NCBI RefSeq assembly: GCF_009914755.1
Contig: NC_060930.1
Reading direction: 5' to 3' (one strand)
Source of the DNA: the human T2T-CHM13v2.0 reference genome, Homo sapiens
Length of the DNA stretch: 64,000 nucleotides
A model generated the notes under the pieces. The model saw only the letters and a program-made list of their open reading frames with translations, was not told where the DNA came from and ran no database searches. The stretch's first letter is position 1; each line of letters begins with the position of its first letter. A program made the position numbers and the translations under genes. Shown one piece after another: positions 28,170-38,033 of the stretch.

Positions 28170-28260
28170 TTGGAAGTCTCCTCTCAAGGGGGTTGCTCTC
28201 TGTCATATCACAATACTTTGAAAAAATTCTGGCATTTTGTGCAGCCTCTTCACTCCAACT
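28170..28260 (-). CDS. CRISP1: CRISP1 exon 4, aa 66-96
   Basis: ctttccactacag|AGT...CCA A|gtaagt, 91 nt. Encodes [30 protein letters not shown]+1 nt. Confidence 0.97.
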
Positions 28261-28779
28261 CTGTAGTGGAAAGAAAAAAAAAGCACATGTTCCAATTAAT
28301 ATTTTCATAAGATTCTAATTTATTGTTTTTAATAATCCACGAGATATAATATCTTCAATTGTATCAACTAGAAATTTAAATAATGAGATTACTATTAAAC
28401 GTTCTAGTAGAAAGAGAAAGACAACAATTTCAATTTATTATGTTGGCCCTTGAATTCACAAATTCAAAACTTGGTAATTACATTCAGAGATAGATTCTCT
28501 CTCAGATGTAGTAGAGAATTTAAGTAAATGCTTCCAGGGAAACAGACCAGAGTTACTTAGTAATTTATTTGTAGTTTAAACTCAGACATGTTATTTTATC
28601 TCTTTGAATCTCAGTTTATCCATCTGGAAACTGTTACCTGTAATTTATGCCCAAAGGTTTGTTCAAATGTGATATTCCAAGGAATACAACTGAGATGTGA
28701 CAAATCTTCTGTATTGAATAAATGCTGGCTGTGATTAGAAGCAAGTATAGAGTCATATTTCCATCTAAAATTATGAATA

Positions 28780-29020
28780 ACAAAAATAAAAGCTAACACC
28801 ACATGCCAGAATCTGTCACCAATTCTGTGTGTATCTTCTCTCACTTTAACCTCATGGCAACTCTACAAAAAAAAAATATTATATCCATTTGTAAATAAGG
28901 GAAATAAGGCACAGAGATGTTAAGTAACTTTTCGGGGTCACACTATAAATAACTGACAAAATAAGAATTTGAATCCACTTAGGATGGCTTCAGAGTATGT
29001 GTTCTTGACTCTCAGTGTGC
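28780..29020 (-). mobile_element. MIR
   Basis: ccatttgtaaataagggaaataaggcacagagatgttaagtaacttttcggggtcacac. Confidence 0.8.
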
Positions 29021-29168
29021 ATCAACTGTGCTGAGTTGAAGCATTTGGTCAGGTATGACTAAGTAACAGCTGTTCTCCCAATGCAGAAAGGGAGAAATTC
29101 TGCATCTGTAAGTATGACACTCTGTGATAAATGATCTCCCTAACAGTCTCCTATCATTGTGGTGTATA

Positions 29169-29529
29169 TGAAACTGCCCAATTTTTACAAAGAACTGAGC
29201 CTATGAACATTTGTCTTATCTGAGTTCCTTTGTCAGGAAACCCACCATCGGGCCCCGCAGGTGGTAGCAGGGAACTGAGGCTTTCCTGATCACCACACCT
29301 GGTCAAGGAGACACAGCTGCTGCCTGTTGACCAAATCCTCTTCCTTGTCCCTCTTGTTTTCTGTCCCTCCTATATAAACTTTTAACTTTGGTTGGTTAGG
29401 GAGAGGGAGGGATTTGACAGTCAGGCTGACATCACCCTCATGAAAGCCTTTCTTCCCAGGCAATGGGCAATACTCATTTTTGTGCTGCAAGCAACTAGAC
29501 CTTGGCTGAACCCCTGGTGTTCAGCAGCA
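29169..29529 (+). mobile_element. ERV1 solo LTR (MER39/MER34-like)
   Basis: TG...CA termini with 4-bp TSD tata, internal TATATAAAC box, and 3' end ctagaccttggctgaacccctggtgttcagcagca. Confidence 0.7.
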
Positions 29530-29707
29530 TATACATCCATTTAAAAGAATACCCTTATATGTGCATATAACAGATTGCCAACAGAAGTCATAGAGTTTGT
29601 TTTTACTATAAGTTTTTATGTAAATCATTCAGCTACTGTTTAGACTGTTTGGAGGACACTCATTTTCAGTGTCGTCCTGAGCATGTAGTTTAATTATAAT
29701 ATGTATT

Positions 29708-29741
29708 TGCTGCCATCTTGTGGTCAATGTTTAGAATTACC
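29708..29741 (-). promoter_or_regulatory. CTCF-like site with upstream motif, overlapping a YY1-like motif
   Basis: Minus strand GGTAATTCT-N6-TGACCACAAGATGGCAGCA. Contains CAAGATGGC. Confidence 0.6.
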
Positions 29742-29954
29742 CTTGGGGTTGATGAATTTACTAAACCGTGAGATGAATTAAATAACTTATTAGCCTAGCA
29801 CTGGGTAAAACCATGGTTTTGTAGGTTTTGATAGTTTCAAACAAAAAAAAATATTTTAGTCATGGCTATGTCTAACTGATAAGCAGAGAGGACACAACAC
29901 ATCTACCAGTGTATAGCCTCTCTGGGCTGGGGGAATACCATGGCATTCACTACT

Positions 29955-30232
29955 AAGAACAAAAAACCAAACACCGCATATTCTCACTCATAGGTGGGAA
30001 TTGAACAATGAGAACACATGGACACAGGAAGGGGAACATCACACTCTGGGGACAGTTGTGGGGTGGGGGGAGGGGGAGGGATAGCATTAGAAGATATACC
30101 TAATGCTAAATGACGAGTTAATGGGTGCAGCACACCAGCATGGCACATGTATACATATGTAACTAACCTGCACATTGTGCACATGTACCCTAAAACTTAA
30201 AGTATAATAATAATAAAATAAAATAAAAAAAG
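29955..30232 (+). mobile_element. L1PA3-like 3' end, about 280 bp, near consensus
   Basis: aagaacaaaaaaccaaacaccgcatattctcactcataggtggg...taatgctaaatgacgagttaatgggtgcagcacaccagcatgg...aaagtataataataataaa. Confidence 0.9.
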
Positions 30233-30869
30233 AAAACTTACCGGAACTGGAACTTATCTGGTTAAAATATAGCAGGATGTTTGCACTTTGAAGATGATGT
30301 ATAGGACATTACCTCTGATTAATGTTGGTGAGATACTCCTTTTTTGAGACATATTCAAAATTAAAATTAAAGTTTGTATTTATGATCGTACCAAAGCTCT
30401 GAATTCCAGCTTTAACAAGTGACTCTACTTAGGTTCTAATATTGTGTTCAGAAACTTTTTTTTTTAAAGAAAATCTCTGCCTGGTAATTGTGGTTAACTC
30501 TTCAGTCCTATTGTTCCTTAAATTTGCTGTTGCTACTTCTAATCCTATACATGTCCTATGCATTGTTTGTGGAGCAGCTGAACTCTCGTATTTCCTTTGA
30601 AATATTTCTCAGTTTTACTGGTACACTTACTTTTATCGTCTTCTTGATATTTCATATCTTTTTGTGTTAGTACTTGAATATATGTATTCTTGTATTTTTC
30701 CAATGTTTTTTCTGTATTTGCCTTTCATCTCCAATCTGAAATCGGAGGCTATATTTTTTACTTTTCTTTAACTCTGTTTGTACCTCCTAGGTAAACTTAT
30801 TTGCTCATCTGGCAACCAAGGAATTTGGACTCTACTTCTCCAGCTCCTCAGATCTGGCCCACTTGCATT

Positions 30870-31035
30870 TTAATCTGGGCCCCAGTCCTTAAGATTTTGA
30901 ATAAGCTACTCAATTTTCCTTAGGTTCAGTGTCATAATATGTAAAATGAAGACAATTTTATTGGGAGAAGGAAGTGAGTTAATGTAACAAGGTATTAGAA
31001 AAATGCCTGTAAATAATAAACACATGTATGTTGGC
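30870..31035 (+). mobile_element. MIR fragment
   Basis: ttgaataagctactcaattttccttaggttcagtgtcataatatgtaaaatgaagacaat...gtgagttaatgt. Confidence 0.6.
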
Positions 31036-31574
31036 TACAACACCATGCAGGAATGCCTATGAAAGCTATTGATTTTTATTTTTAGTTCAAATACCCCTTT
31101 GGATTTTAAAGTGATTAAGAGATAAATCTCAAAATCATTTATGTATTTCCTTGTTTCATCCTCTTCATCATTTGCAAGAGAAAGGTGCTCCTTAGAATCA
31201 CCCTCCAGAGCCTGCACTATTTCTAACCCTTGTTGCTACAGGCCGGTCCAGGGTTCAAGGAAGCAGGCTGAGGGTGCTCATGAAACTGAGTGATACTGCT
31301 GGATAACAAATGTGAGGGTAATCACCTAAACACCTGAGACTTCCCTAAATTTGTCTTGTAGCAGAGCATAGCAGGTTTATAATGAAATAATTTCTCTTCC
31401 TATTTATGGGATGCAATGAAACTGGGGGATAAATTTGCCAATATTTATTTACCTGGCCACATCAACTAACTAGATATCTGGATATTTTAATTCTAGGAAG
31501 AGTGTCTTAGCCTCTGGACTACTGCCCAATGAAGACAGCTATGAAATGCATGGATAACTTGTTAATCAATATTT

Positions 31575-31735
31575 GTCGTGTGTACTGGCAGCATCAGCAT
31601 CAGCTGGGAGCTTGTGGTGGTCTCCAGGTCAGACCTCATGAATCAGGATATCAGAGAGTGAGACCCAGGAAAGTGTGCTTTACTAAGTTCTTCAGGTGAT
31701 TCTTGAGTACATTAAAGGTTGAGAAGCACTGTCTT
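31575..31735. mobile_element. MER5A (hAT-Charlie MITE)
   Basis: cagcatcagcatcagctgggagcttg...cagacctcatgaatcag...caggtgattcttgagtacattaaaggttgagaagcactg. Confidence 0.8.
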
Positions 31736-31739
31736 AGGG

Positions 31740-31925
31740 TGTGGAGGAATGAAGCTAGACTGGCTGAGCTCTGTCATTGACTAACCATATAATCATCAGA
31801 AAGTTACTTACCTTCTCTGGACCTCTGTTTCTTCTGCTATGTAAAAGATTTGTTGTGAAGATAAAACTTTTAGCACTTTGAAAGTGCATAGAACTTAATA
31901 AAACTCAGTAAACACCATTACTATT
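31740..31925 (+). mobile_element. MIR adjacent to the exon 3 donor
   Basis: aagttacttaccttctctggacctctgtttcttctgctatgtaaaa...gttgtgaagataaa...ctcagtaaac. Confidence 0.65.
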
Positions 31926-31961
31926 ATTGCAATCATGGTTGTTGCTATTTTTTGATCTTAC

Positions 31962-32090
31962 CATCTTCAGCATGTTGCTGGCTGGTGGAACTACTCTTCT
32001 CCTGAGGGCGTTGTGTATATTAACGATCTCTTCTTGTACATTTGGCAAGTCGGTGACGAGCTTATTAAATTGGTCTCTAGCTGATTTCTT
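31962..32090 (-). CDS. CRISP1: CRISP1 exon 3, aa 23-65
   Basis: taacag|AAG...ATG|gtaag, 129 nt, phase 0/0. Encodes [43 protein letters not shown] (CAP HNxLR and PPASNMLKM motifs). Confidence 0.97.
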
Positions 32091-32429
32091 CTGTTACCAG
32101 AAAAATATTAATTAGTGTTACTTCTTTTAAGTGGAATTTGTCACATATATTTTGCAGACCTATAGGTAATGCAAATTTATAGTTTATATTAAACAGTGAT
32201 TTATAGCATTTTTGAATTTATAATGTCTCATTATATTGGATTCCATTTCTCCAGTACTAATTTTGAGGATTTCTCAACGTCAGGCTGACATCACATTAGT
32301 CTTCAGAATAATGCACTTGTTATCCTGTTATTAGGGTTTTTCCAGGTTCATACTTTGGACCATGTTGAAGCACTTTTTATTGGGCAATAAGATCCACAAA
32401 GGGAGATATCTTAAAATCACACCTGTTAC

Positions 32430-32556
32430 TTACTTCTCTGGCTTATTCTCTACATCTCCCACCCTGCAACAACTGTACTCTCTGCTTCCCAAATAAACTA
32501 CTTCCACTTGAACCCTTGTGTAGAGGTGTGTGTCTGGGGTAACCCAAACTAAGAGA
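32430..32556 (+). mobile_element. ERVL LTR16-like 3' end
   Basis: cccaaataaactacttccacttgaacccttgtg...tctggggtaacccaaactaagaga. Confidence 0.55.
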
Positions 32557-32805
32557 TTCATTATTGAGGACAAAGTTGCAAGTGTTATTAACACAAATTC
32601 TATGTCTTCTTACTGTTCATATGAGAAAACATCAATGCTCTCAAGTGTATGTGTGAGAGAGTAAAACATAGAATTCAAATTCAGCCTATAATCTTGAATT
32701 TGTGACCGTTCTTTTCATTTATTTATTTTTTATTCTGAAACTCACTAAGAAGAAAAATACATGACCAAAGTATTTAGGTTAGCATTAATCGCTATAAAGA
32801 GAATC

Positions 32806-32807
<2 letters not shown>

Positions 32808-32847
<40 letters not shown>
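32808..32847. repeat. (TG)20 microsatellite
   Basis: Directly visible. Confidence 0.95.
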
Positions 32848-32848
<1 letters not shown>

Positions 32849-34215
32849 TATCACATGTACTTCATACCTTTTTTAAAAAATGTGGCAGAACTAATGTACT
32901 ATAATGTGAGGGGTGTCTGTTGCTTCCTTAACTACCACATGACCATCAGCACAATTTATGAATGAATACGATCTAGCATCATAACTTACACAATATATAG
33001 AAGTATTCACTGTCATTTATATCAACAGTTTAGGGTAAGGGGAGAAAACTTAAATATGGAATTCAGAAGACTCCTCTAGAGACTGTCTCTGTGGACATAC
33101 TCACATGATGTCACTTTTTTCTCACATTGCAAGTCATGCTGATTTGGACTAGAGGACAGGCTGCGGACCCACATGATTCCACATACTATTTCCAGATTAC
33201 AACTCTCCTTGCTCCTCTCAAAATCTCTGCTGCAGGGAAACTCATGACATTTTCCTCTCACACCTCATTCCTGAACATTTATTTAACATCCTATCATGGA
33301 TTTTTTTCTTACTTCCTCTCATTCCTGGAAATTGGGTTTCCTGAAACGAATTCATCTTTTCCACCCAGATTTCTGAAGTCAACTCAAAGGACTTCAACAT
33401 CCACATGGATGAATCCAACCCTTTGATGTCTCAGGCCCTTAAAATCTTCCTCCTTTAGACTTCTCCTTCAGTCCTCTTTATCCTCACTTTAATGGTCACC
33501 TACTATATCTCATGATCATCCCAAAACACCATACCTCCCAAATCACCTGGTCAAGCATTTCCCTGCCTGATTGGAATTTCCTGTTCTTCCAAGTTGCCAC
33601 GATCAGCCATTCTGACTGTTCTTTAATATAATCGAGCCTTCTAACTCATTCTTCATTTTCTCTACTAGCCCTCTCTTGTCTTTCCTTTCATCTCTATCTG
33701 TGTTCTCTACTTTCACAACTCTCCTTTTGCAATATTGAATCTTTTGTCTGCACACCATCATCTAGAAATGCCTACCTAAAACATCCCAACTTCGGATGAG
33801 ACTGACAATTCTCCTGCCTGTTCTATCAGCTGAGCATTGCCAGAAAAATGTCTCACAAAACAAAACAACACATATCTGCATGACCCCAAATCAGTAAGAT
33901 TGACCTCAAATAGTTCCTTAACTCTGCTAATCAATTCTAATGAATTGTTTGATTAACTCACTCTGTCACTCTCCACATTATTGTAGAACTTTTGCAATCT
34001 CCCCCATTCACAACCACCTTCTCTCAACAGAATGTGAAATATCCTTCTTCCCTCAGTAAAGAGAAGCCATCAGAGGGCAGCTGCTTCAACTGTCTCACCC
34101 AGTCTGTCAATCTACCTGTATCTGTCCCCTTTCTTTCCTCCTCTTCTGTGGTACAAGTGAATGGGTCATTCTTTCTAATCTTTCTAAGGCTCAATTCTCC
34201 AACAGTGTTATTTAG

Positions 34216-34492
<277 letters not shown>

Positions 34493-34704
34493 ACATGCTG
34501 CTTATTTCTTAAAACAGATAAACAAGCAACCATCATTTCATTTACATCACTTCCCCATTCAACTATTGTTCTCTGTCTCTACTCTCTTTCCCTATCAATA
34601 TTCTGGAAAATATCGCCAACTCTGGCTGTCTACAGTTGCCCAAGTAATAGAGCCTCGCATTTACCTCCCTCCATTTTTTTCAATAATATGTTCTCTATTC
34701 TAGG

Positions 34705-34922
34705 TGATCCACCTGCCCTGCTGCTTAGGCATTAGGCAATGTCTGGGGAAATTTGAGGTTGTCGTGATGGGCATGATAGGGGGAGAGTGCTCCTGCCATT
34801 TTGTGAATAGAGGGCAAGGATGCTGCTGCTAAATTCCTGCAAGGCCCAGAACAGCCCTCACCACAACAAATAATTATCCCATACAAAATGGCAATAAGGT
34901 TGAAGTTGGGAAACCCTACATT
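34705..34922. mobile_element. MER20 (hAT-Charlie)
   Basis: ggcaatgtctgggga...gagggcaaggatgctgctgctaaa...acagccctcaccacaacaaataattatccc...gttgggaaaccct. Confidence 0.85.
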
Positions 34923-36781
34923 AGAAATACTCCTATTAAAATCCCTGACAAGCTCAATTTGCATATGCAATATTGTTTTAATGACTTTATTCTGCTTGGT
35001 TTATTGGCAGCTGACTCTTTTGACTAAACTTTCAGTGTAGAAATACTCTTTCTTTTGGTGTAAGGAACAAACACACTCTTTATTTTTCTCTTTCCTTTCT
35101 TTGCTTCTTTCACCTGGACTGATTGTGGCTACTGTCTAGCTTTCAACTGGCCTCCCAGAATCCACTAATGCTTTACTATGTCTATAGCCTCTCTCCCACT
35201 CCGTGATCCATTCTTTCATAATGCATTCTCCAATCATCATTCGGAGTAAAAATTTTAAAACACAGACACAATGGATTCACTTTACTGTTAGAAGTCTTCA
35301 ACAGTTTACCATTCATAAAAAGAGGAACTAAAATCTTTAACAAGGCCTTTGAATACTCTGTTTATTCTCAGCCTCTATTTAGGATATGTGTCCTTATCTC
35401 TGATTTTTTTTTTTTTGGTTATCTGAATGTGCCAGTTTCCTTCCTGCCATAGAATATTTGCCCATGCCTGTACCTTTGATAGTACACCTTGTTAACTTGC
35501 AAAGCCAACTTATTCTTCAGATTGCAGGTATACCGTGTGCTCAGATAAGTCTCTAATTAACTCAGAGACGATTCAGCCTGCCTGTTACCTGATCACAACT
35601 CTCTATAGTTTTCCTCAAAAAAACTTTTTGTGTAACATCTACCAGATTGTCATGGAAAACTACCTATATAAAAAGTAAAAACAATTTTTGTTAAATTAGA
35701 CACCTAATATCCCAAAAAACACTGCCACTGGTGGAAGTTTAAAATATGATTCAGGTCTGGTGGTTAGTCTATTTGCTTTCTACCTGGAGTCTGAAAAAAG
35801 AAAGCATAATACTACTTTTGTTGGCAAATTGGAACACATTATTTACTTTAACTCAGACTCATGTTTAAAGTTTATGTAATAAATTTGTGTTGGGGGTTAA
35901 ATTTATCTTCTTGTTTAAATTTAAAATTCTTAAGCCTTTATTTTATGACCAAACTATCTATAAAATGTATGAAAATATTCTAATAATTCTCTGTTATAGA
36001 GCATCAACCTATTGTTTTATCAATGCCTTCTACTTTTTCTTTTGTATTCTTGGTCAAAAGCGGATTGGGTATGGTTTCCCTTGGACGGGTAGGGTTCTAC
36101 TTATCTGCTCTTTGCTCTGGACTTTTAACTAGTGATACTAATTTCTTCTTTCACATGACAATCTGGGCCAGGCTGTTTCCCAGAACTTGGCCTAAGTGGT
36201 CTAAACAGCCTAGTACTAGGTCTTGATGGCAAATGTAGGTTTCTGACTGTTTGCCCTTTTCCCATTCCTCTGGAATGGTGGCTATACTTCAGGTTAGCTT
36301 TTTCCTTATTATGAAGCATGAAGGTCACCCTTCCTCACTGGGGAAGTAAAATGGTCAGAGAATCAGAGGGAAGGAAGAAGTCTTATTCAGGACTCTAATT
36401 CAGGACGCTAATTCCAGCTTACTGGAGGATTACTGGGCATTAAACAGGAGCTCCACCTAGTCTCTCTCTGGGGAAGAAGAGTGAGTAATAGGAACCAAAT
36501 ACCAAACCAACACCCTAATAGCCTAATGCATATGGATTTTCTTTCCACAATAAAACTAAGTGCCTTTTATTTCTTACTTCTCTACCTGGCCTACGAAAAT
36601 ATAAAAACCACTCATTTTCTATACCAAAGTTATTTACTTCAGTTTGTCACAAAATTTGGGGTAAATTAAAATATATATTATTTTCTTTATATCATTGAAG
36701 TTATTTAAAGGTGAATATTATTGGCTGATCATAAAATATTATATCATTGAGTGTTCTACTTCTGTTTTGTGACTGTTAAAG

Positions 36782-36831
36782 TTATTGTTTTTAATTATTA
36801 GTGAGATTATTGTTTTTAATTATTAGTGAGA
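36782..36831. repeat. Perfect 25-bp tandem duplication
   Basis: ttattgtttttaattattagtgaga x2. Confidence 0.95.
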
Positions 36832-37009
36832 TTAAGGTAGCCAATGGAATTCAAACTGCTAATCAGCTCCTCACGTTGCTCTTTGTGCTGTTGGCACCTT
36901 TCCATTTTATATTTAATTTTGATGCTTTAAATTCTTGTTATAGTAAAAAATTATATAGCTAATCTGCATTCTCAGTTTTTTTCCTGTGTTATTCAGAGAG
37001 GCCACAATG

Positions 37010-37255
37010 AAATAGATATGGACCCACAGAGCTAACTGATTAAGTATAATTTCAGGCCCTGCCATGTCCTAGTCCTCAGATATTGGCCATATTACTCAAC
37101 TTTACTATTCTTTGGTTCTCTCCTTTATAAAATGGTATTAAGATGAGTACTTGCCTAACAGGGCTATTGTGAAAACAAAGTGAGTAATGGGTGTAGTGGC
37201 CTCACAACAGTGCCTCTAACATGGTGAATTGTATTAAAGTGTTAGCTCTTATCTT
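37010..37255 (+). mobile_element. MIR just 3' (in transcript sense) of exon 2
   Basis: ttctctcctttataaaatggtattaagatgagtacttgcctaacagggctattgtgaaaacaaagtgagtaat...aacagtgcct. Confidence 0.75.
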
Positions 37256-37295
37256 TATTTAGAAAGTAATTATGAAACATCCAACCCTCACATAC

Positions 37296-37361
37296 TTTCA
37301 TGGACAACATAGGCAGTAAGCAAGCAGCAGCAACCAAAAACAAGAGGTGTTTAATTTCCAT
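37296..37361 (-). CDS. CRISP1: CRISP1 exon 2 (first coding exon; signal peptide), aa 1-22
   Basis: Minus strand ctttcag|GG ATG GAA ATT AAA CAC...TCC ATG AAA|gtatgt. Encodes MEIKHLLFLVAAACLLPMLSMK, a hydrophobic signal peptide matching the CRISP1 N-terminus. The exon spans 37296-37363 including 2 nt of UTR. Confidence 0.97.
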
Positions 37362-37537
37362 CCCTGAAAGAAAAATAACACAATTTTAGATTATTCTCAA
37401 TTCATGGGATAACATCTGGTAATAAACTATTTAAACCACTTTTACATGTGTTTGCATTTTTTTTCCTAAAAGAAACCTTTAGGATCCGAACAAGGTTTAA
37501 TGTGTTAGTCATTGGGATCCAGATAGAAAGGCAGGAC

Positions 37538-38033
37538 TGTTGTTTGAAGAATAGTAGAATCTCAAAAATATAAATTGTTTTAATCCCTGGACCTTTGAAT
37601 ATGTCATATTGTATGACACAAGGGAATTAAGGTAGCAGATGGAATTCAAACTTCTAATCAGCTAACATTAAAGTAGGGAGATTATCCTGGAATACCTAGG
37701 TGGACCCAATGTAATCACAAGAGTATTTAATGTTGAAGAGGAAGTCAAAAGAGTCAATGTCAGTGATGAGCATGAGACAGACTTGACCAGTCATGCTGAA
37801 TTTGAAAACAGAGGAAGATACTCCAAGCTAAGGAATATGGATAGCCTCTGGAAGCAGGAAAAGGTAAGGAAACAGATTCTCCCCATAGAGTTTCCCTGTT
37901 GACATTCTGATTTTAGCCTAGGAAGACCTATTTGAATTTCTGACCTCCAGAACAGTAGGATAATAAACCTGTATTTATTTTAGAACATTCAATTTATGAT
38001 AACTTGTTATAGTAGCAAGAGGAAACTAATATA
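37538..38033 (+). mobile_element. MLT1 (D/E-like) solo LTR
   Basis: atccctggacctttgaatatgtcatatt...gggagattatcctgga...ggacccaatgtaatcacaag...tctgacctccagaac...ttgttatagtagcaagaggaaactaata. Confidence 0.85.
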
